From the NCBI GenBank assembly GCA_030429545.1, contig JAUIFF010000001.1, positions 211,599 to 275,598 of the forward strand: a stretch of DNA of 64,000 nt, in the 5' to 3' direction. The position numbers and the translations under genes are program-made. A model generated the notes under the pieces. That model searched no databases, had not been told where the DNA came from, and worked only from the letters and a program-made list of their open reading frames with translations. The DNA is from Polyangia bacterium. GTDB lineage: Bacteria > Myxococcota_A > Polyangia > Nannocystales > Nannocystaceae. Every line of letters begins with the position of its first letter. Positions within the stretch are counted from its first letter, which is position 1. Shown in pieces: positions 58,775-64,000 of this stretch.

Positions 58775-59730
58775 TTTCCTGCACGAAGAGTGAGGCAGGC
58801 TTCGATGGCGATTGGTCGCGCGAACATATTCCTGCACGAGGAGTGAGGCAGGCTTCGATTGAGATGGGTCGAGCGAGCATACTTTCAGCACGAAGAGTGA
58901 GGCAGGCAGGCTTCGATGGAACAACACGGGTCCTGCCGCGTACCCCACTTCGAGCCTCCGGGAGCACGGCAGTTGTGACGCATGTCTATGCAAGTGGTTT
59001 GGCGGGGCGCCGGCGATAGGGTGGAGCAGGACGTCGGTGCGGCCTCCGTTCGAAGTCGGGGACCCCCCGCGTCACCCGTTCGTCGGAGTTCGACGGTAGC
59101 CCGCATCTCGGGCAACCGTGAAACGGTGATGGCACCGCCTTGTTGACCCGCGTCAGGTTTCGGGTAGGCGCCGCTTGATGACCACGTTACTCGTTCGTTG
59201 GACCTTGGTGATGGCACTAACTGAGCGATGGAGACTGGTCGAGCGAGCATATTTTCAGCACGAAGAGTGAGGCAGGCAGGCTTCGATGGAACACCACGGG
59301 TCCTGCCGCGTACCCCACTTCGACCCTCCGGGAGCACGGCAGTTGTGACGCATGTCTATGCAAGTGGTTTGGCGGGCGTCGGTGAAACGGTGATGGCACC
59401 GCCTTGTTGACCCGCGTCAGGTTTCGGGTAGGCACCGCTTGATGACCACGTTACTCGTTCGTTGGACCTTGGTGATGGCACTGACTGAGCGATGGAGACT
59501 GGTCGAGCGAGCATATTTTCAGCACGAAGAGTGAGGCAGGCTTCGATGGAACACCACGGGTCCTGCCGCGTACCCCACTTCGAGCCTCCGGGAGCACGGC
59601 AGTTGTGACGCATGTCTATGCAAGTGGTTTGGCGGGGCGCCGGCGATAGGGCGGAGCAGGACGTCGGTGCGGCCTCCGGTCGAAGTCGGGGACCCCCCGC
59701 GTCACCCGTTCGTCGGACTTCGGATCCATT
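58775..59730. repeat. Compound tandem-repeat array (~950 bp) built from three sub-units; not CRISPR
   Basis: Unit A (~140 bp, ...ggtcgagcgagcatattttcagcacgaagagtgaggcagg...ggcagttgtgacgcatgtctatgcaagtggtttggcggg) occurs 3 times plus two truncated copies. Units B (gcgccggcgataggg...cgttcgtcgga) and C (gtgaaacggtgatggcaccgcc...gagcgatggagact) occur twice each, in order a'a'ABCACAB. Confidence 0.8.
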
Positions 59731-60130
59731 GCGTCTCGATTTCGTGATAGGCGGCGCGTAGGCGGTTCAGTACTCCAGCCCGGAACCACTGCCCGACGTC
59801 CGTACTTGATCGGAAGTTGAGGGGTTGGTGAAGAAAGCCGACGAGGTCTTCGAGTAACTGGTAAACAGCCCAGACCTGCTGTCGCTCGACGTTCAGTTTC
59901 GGCGCGGTGGTTGGTGCCTGACTTGGAGCCCCAAGCTCGCCATCTGGCTGGACGGGAAACCACTTGTGGCCGATGTTGTAGTAGGCGGCGTGGAGGCGCT
60001 TGTACATTCCTGCCGCCACCCACCTGTCGAGGCCTTCCGCCGTATGATCGTTCTTCGGGGTGGAAAAGAAGGCAACGAGTTCCGCGAACAACCGCGAAAC
60101 GGTTGTGACATCTCGTTGCTCGACGTCCAT
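59702..60130 (-). CDS. Hypothetical small protein with internal duplication
   Basis: 142 aa, two ~60-aa halves sharing ...GQWFRAGVLNRLRAAYHEIETQWI... and ...DRWVAAGMYKRLHAAYYNIGHKWF.... Its 3' end abuts the repeat array. Weak coding support. Confidence 0.35.
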   Translation of the reverse strand: MDVEQRDVTTVSRLFAELVAFFSTPKNDHTAEGLDRWVAAGMYKRLHAAYYNIGHKWFPVQPDGELGAPSQAPTTAPKLNVERQQVWAVYQLLEDLVGFLHQPLNFRSSTDVGQWFRAGVLNRLRAAYHEIETQWIRSPTNG

Positions 60131-60136
60131 GCTGGC

Positions 60137-61297
60137 CTACGAAACTACCGGCAGTGAACCTGGCAGTGAACCCGGCTTTGGCCCGCCCTTGAGTGCCAGC
60201 TGCCCGCAGGCGGCATCGATGTCGTCACCCCTCGGTGTACGTACAAATGCCCGGAGTCCGAGTTTGCGGCACAGATCGGTAAAGCGTTTGACCCGGGTTT
60301 TCGACGGGCGCTTAAACGGTGCCTGCGGGTGGGGGTTGAACGGGATGACGTTGATCTGGCAGCGCATCTTGGCGACCAACTGGTGCAGGCGGCGGGCATC
60401 GTCGTCGCTGTCGTTGACGCCGGCGAGTAGGACGTACTCAAAGGTGACCCAGCGGCGGCGGTGCAGCGGAACTTCGGCTACGGTTTTGAGCAGCGTGGCG
60501 ATGTTCCAGCGGGTGTTGATCGGCATCACCACGTCGCGGACCTTGTCGGTTGTGGCGTTGAGGCTGATGGCGAGGCCTACTTCGTTGCCGAGACCTTCGC
60601 GGCCAAACCGGGCGATCGCAGGGACGAGGCCCGCAGAGGAAATCGTGATCCGGCGCCCGGCAAAGTCGGCGCCCATGTCATCGGTGAGGACTTCGACTGC
60701 GCGCTTGACCTGGTTGTAGTTGTGCAGAGGTTCGCCCATCCCCATAAACACCAGGTTTTGCACGCGCTCGGGCCATTTTTGCCCGGTTTTCTCGGCCTCG
60801 GCTGCGAGTAGGTCCTGGGCTTGGTAGACCTGATCGACAATTTCCCAGGTGGCGAGGTTACGCGAAAATCCGAGGGTTTGGGTAGCACAAAAGGCGCAGG
60901 TGAGGGCGCAGCCGACCTGCGAGGAAATGCACTGGGTGTACCCGCGGTCGTCGTTGGGGATCAGCACACTTTCGAGGGCAAAACCCTCGGCCGTGAGCAG
61001 GCGAAACTTGCGGGTGCCGTCTTTGGCCCGGTGAACCTGGTCGACGGTGAGGTGCCCCAAACTTGTTGCTTGTGCAAGCTTTTCGCGATCGCTGGCCTTG
61101 ATGTTGGTCATGGCCTGCAGGTCGCGGGCGCGATGTTTGTGTAGCCAACTAAAAATTTGGTCGCCGCGAAACCGGGGCATACCGAGTTTGCGCGTGAGGA
61201 AGGCCGAAAGCTCGGTCCGACTCATTTCGCGCAAATCGATGGCCCCACCGCGGTGCAGTGGAGCCTTCGGGCCGCGGATCGCGACGACTTGGGACAT
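60137..61297 (-). CDS. rlmN: 23S rRNA (adenine2503-C2)-methyltransferase RlmN, radical SAM
   Basis: Radical-SAM cluster GCALTCAFCAT, an MGMGEPL block and a conserved C-terminal Cys. An alternative start lies 24 codons in. Confidence 0.85.
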   Translation of the reverse strand: MSQVVAIRGPKAPLHRGGAIDLREMSRTELSAFLTRKLGMPRFRGDQIFSWLHKHRARDLQAMTNIKASDREKLAQATSLGHLTVDQVHRAKDGTRKFRLLTAEGFALESVLIPNDDRGYTQCISSQVGCALTCAFCATQTLGFSRNLATWEIVDQVYQAQDLLAAEAEKTGQKWPERVQNLVFMGMGEPLHNYNQVKRAVEVLTDDMGADFAGRRITISSAGLVPAIARFGREGLGNEVGLAISLNATTDKVRDVVMPINTRWNIATLLKTVAEVPLHRRRWVTFEYVLLAGVNDSDDDARRLHQLVAKMRCQINVIPFNPHPQAPFKRPSKTRVKRFTDLCRKLGLRAFVRTPRGDDIDAACGQLALKGGPKPGSLPGSLPVVS

Positions 61298-61315
61298 CGG
61301 CTGGCTACCTGGTTG

Positions 61316-61738
61316 TTAGCCGAGGTCGGCGAGCTCAAGGCCGCTAAAGAAGAAGCCGAGCTCGTAGGCGGCGGTTTCGGGGGCGTCGGAGCCGTGGGTG
61401 GCGTTGCGCTCGATGCTGGTGCCGAACTGTCCACGCAGGGTGTCTTTGGGGGCTTCGCTTGCGTTGGTCGGTCCCATGAGGTCGCGCCAGCGTTTGATCG
61501 CGTTTTCACCTTCGAGGCAAAGGGCAACCACGGGGCCTTCGGTCATAAAGGTGACCAGCGATCCAAAAAACGGGCGCTCGCGGTGGACGGCGTAAAAACC
61601 CTCGGCTTGGGCCTTGGTCAGGCGCAGGCTCTTGAGGGCGACAATGCGAAGGCCGGCCTCTTGGATCTTGGCCAAAATGGCTCCTTGGTGGCCAGCGGCG
61701 ACGGCATCGGGTTTGATGATGGCAAACGTGCGTTGCAT
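61316..61738 (-). CDS. ndk: Nucleoside diphosphate kinase
   Basis: 140 aa; ERTFAIIKPD-type N-terminus (QRTFAIIKPD) and the NATHGSD active-site His block. Confidence 0.9.
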   Translation of the reverse strand: MQRTFAIIKPDAVAAGHQGAILAKIQEAGLRIVALKSLRLTKAQAEGFYAVHRERPFFGSLVTFMTEGPVVALCLEGENAIKRWRDLMGPTNASEAPKDTLRGQFGTSIERNATHGSDAPETAAYELGFFFSGLELADLG

Positions 61739-61856
61739 GATTTCTCGTAGTCGGTGGGTGAAAATGGGTTGCCTGCAGCAGGCAAAATCGGGCGGAAGTT
61801 AACAGACGGCGGTTTGATGGGGTAGGGCTACACCCCGCACACGCGCGCCGATACGC

Positions 61857-62948
61857 ATGTGGATCCCCACGGTCGCGGTTCCCTATACTCCGGCAATGGA
61901 CCCGCAGCCGGACACAGGCCCGTCGGAAGCCCCGCACATTGGCTACCGCACACTCATGACCCTCGCCGCCTTGGTGGTGGTGGTCGCCGGCCTCAGGGCT
62001 TCGGGCCCGCTACTGCTCCCGTTTTTGGTCGCGGTGTTCTTCTCGATTTTGAGTGCGCCGCCGGTGCTGTGGCTCGAGCGAAAAGGCTGGCCGGATTGGT
62101 GTGCGGTGTCGGTGGTGATGCTCGGTGTGTTCGGGTTGTTGACGACCTTCGCCGGGCTGGTCGGCACCTCGCTGCGTGGATTTTCGGCCGCACTGCCGAC
62201 CTATCGCCAACGCCTGAGCGAGCAGACCACCGGGGTGATGGACTACCTCCAAAGCTATGGCGTTGAGTTCAAGTCGAAGGACTTGCTCGGGATGATCGAG
62301 CCCGGCGCGCTCATGGATATGTTTGGTAGTACAATCAATGGTTTGTTGACCGCCCTCGGCAACACCTCATTAGTTGTACTAACAATGGTTTTTATTCTAT
62401 TCGAGGCCGCCGGGTTTCCCCGCAAGTTGGCCAAGGCGGTTGAGAACCCCGATGCCAGCCTCGAAAGTGGCGGGCGGATCATGTTGGAGATCCAGCGCTA
62501 CTTGGCCCTCAAGACGGTCGTCTCGATCGCCACCGGAATCTTGGTGATCATCACAGCCATGCTGCTAGGCGTCGATTTCCCGGTGTTATGGGGAGCCCTG
62601 GCATTTTTGTTTAACTTCATTCCCAACGTCGGCTCGGTACTCGCCGCGATTCCGGCTGTGCTCGTCGCACTCATCCAGTTGGGCCCGGAATCGGCGATTT
62701 ATCTGGGGCTGAGCTACGTGGCGATCAACATGGTCATCGGCAACGCAGTCGAGCCCAAACTCATGGGTGACCAACTCGGGCTGTCGCCGCTGGTGGTGTT
62801 TTTGTCGTTGGTGTTTTGGGGCTGGGTCTGGGGCCCGGTGGGAATGTTGCTATCGGTACCGCTGACGATGGTGGTCAAGATTTTGTTTGAACAAAGCGAT
62901 GATGGTCAGTGGGTCGCGGTGCTGTTGGGTGCGTCGCCGAAGGAGTAG
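61857..62948 (+). CDS. AI-2E family transporter (PerM/YhhT-like)
   Basis: 363-aa, 8-TM protein with family blocks (FLFNFIPNVGSVLAAIP, VFWGWVWGPVGMLLSVPLT). Confidence 0.8.
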   Translation: MWIPTVAVPYTPAMDPQPDTGPSEAPHIGYRTLMTLAALVVVVAGLRASGPLLLPFLVAVFFSILSAPPVLWLERKGWPDWCAVSVVMLGVFGLLTTFAGLVGTSLRGFSAALPTYRQRLSEQTTGVMDYLQSYGVEFKSKDLLGMIEPGALMDMFGSTINGLLTALGNTSLVVLTMVFILFEAAGFPRKLAKAVENPDASLESGGRIMLEIQRYLALKTVVSIATGILVIITAMLLGVDFPVLWGALAFLFNFIPNVGSVLAAIPAVLVALIQLGPESAIYLGLSYVAINMVIGNAVEPKLMGDQLGLSPLVVFLSLVFWGWVWGPVGMLLSVPLTMVVKILFEQSDDGQWVAVLLGASPKE

Positions 62949-63056
62949 TCAAGCTGTTGTTGATACACTCAGTTTGCGGGCCTGGCACGACTTCGCAGCA
63001 TGGCCAGTGCATGGTCAGCACATGGCCAGTCGCACGGGAGCTGCGGCCGTTGCCAT

Positions 63057-64000
63057 TCACCCGCCCACATCTGGCAAGTAGAGCGTAAACCGGCTGCCCT
63101 TGCCATGTACACTCGAGACCTCGATGCGCCCGCCCATCATTGTTGCGTATACACGGCTGATGGCGAGGCCCAAGCCGGTGCCGCCGTAGCGCCTGGAGGC
63201 TGAGTTGTCGCCCTGGTGAAAGGCCTCAAACAGGTTCTCGAGCTGCGACGGGGTCATGCCGATCCCGGTGTCTTCGACCTCAAAGGCGATCCAATGTCGG
63301 TGCCAACGTTCGACCGCAAACACCCGCAAATCGACGCGCCCTTCGTGGGTAAACTTGGCGGCATTGCGCAGCAGGTTGAGCAGAATTTGGCGGATTTTGG
63401 GCATGTCTGCCCGGACCTGGCGGATCCCCTCGACCCGCCTTCGCAGGCGGTTTTTGTTGGCCTCCATCGCCGGGGTGACCATCGCTACAACTTCGTCGAG
63501 GACCTCGGTGAGGGGAAAATGATCGAGGTGCAGTTCCATGCGTCCGGCCTCGATCTTTGATAATGCAAGAATGTCGCTGATGAGGTCGAGCAGGTGTACG
63601 CCGGCTTCCTGGATGTGGCGCAGGTCCTGGATCACATCGTCGTCGAGACCGTTTTCGATGGCGTCGTCCTGCAGCAGTTCGCTGTAGCCGATGATGGCGT
63701 TGAGCGGGGTACGCAGCTCGTGGCTCATATTGGCTAAAAACCGACCCTTTGCCAGGGTTGCCTCTTCGGCCAGTTGTTTGGCCTCGCGAATCCTGGCCTC
63801 GGCGAGTTTGCGGTCGCTGATATCGCTGGCGACACAGACAATGTCAAAACCCCCGCGGGTGGTGTCGCGGACGACTGAACTTGAAAACAGGACCGGGAAG
63901 GTCGAGCCGTTGGCGGCGGCAAAAATCCGCTCGCCGTGGAGGACATCGCGGGTGCGTAGCGATTCGATTTGTTCCTCGGCGGTCACGCCCGGTGGCGGTT
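63057..64000 (-). CDS. Sensor histidine kinase, partial (N-terminus beyond the right edge)
   Basis: PAS-like segment, then H-box [19 protein letters not shown] and HATPase boxes ([22 protein letters not shown]). The ORF is open to the window end. Confidence 0.8.
   Translation of the reverse strand, partial: PPPGVTAEEQIESLRTRDVLHGERIFAAANGSTFPVLFSSSVVRDTTRGGFDIVCVASDISDRKLAEARIREAKQLAEEATLAKGRFLANMSHELRTPLNAIIGYSELLQDDAIENGLDDDVIQDLRHIQEAGVHLLDLISDILALSKIEAGRMELHLDHFPLTEVLDEVVAMVTPAMEANKNRLRRRVEGIRQVRADMPKIRQILLNLLRNAAKFTHEGRVDLRVFAVERWHRHWIAFEVEDTGIGMTPSQLENLFEAFHQGDNSASRRYGGTGLGLAISRVYATMMGGRIEVSSVHGKGSRFTLYLPDVGG

Noticed and set aside
58775-59730. Possible CRISPR array
   Set aside because: Repeat units are 80-140 bp and the intervening segments are themselves repeated; there are no short unique spacers.

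Overview
High-GC (~65-70%) bacterial chromosomal segment, most consistent with a myxobacterium (Myxococcota). It encodes a lipoprotein carrying Myxococcus-type cysteine-rich repeats and a fibrinogen-like domain, several Ser/Thr kinases and many Cys-lipobox lipoproteins. Housekeeping and metabolic genes (scoAB CoA-transferase, rpe, rlmN, ndk, NRAMP, histidine kinases, a split YeeE/YedE pair) are interspersed with accessory content. The standout is a candidate retron-like module. A reverse transcriptase at 53330..54886 has the YADD box plus the retron-associated NAxxH and VTG motifs. A ~240-nt structured non-coding region lies immediately upstream, bounded by a 14-bp inverted repeat and containing a long hairpin. 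Two co-oriented upstream genes encode a 1101-aa WGR-domain/alpha-helical-repeat protein and a 568-aa SWIM-zinc-finger protein, with a start/stop overlap between them. Other notable items: an EF-Tu paralog with the catalytic His replaced, next to a P450, an MBOAT acyltransferase and a partner protein; three tandem paralogous lipoproteins; a predicted pseudokinase; and at least six unrelated intergenic tandem/dispersed repeat families. No rRNA, tRNA or CRISPR arrays were recognised. Coordinates for structural elements were read by eye and may be off by 1-2 nt.
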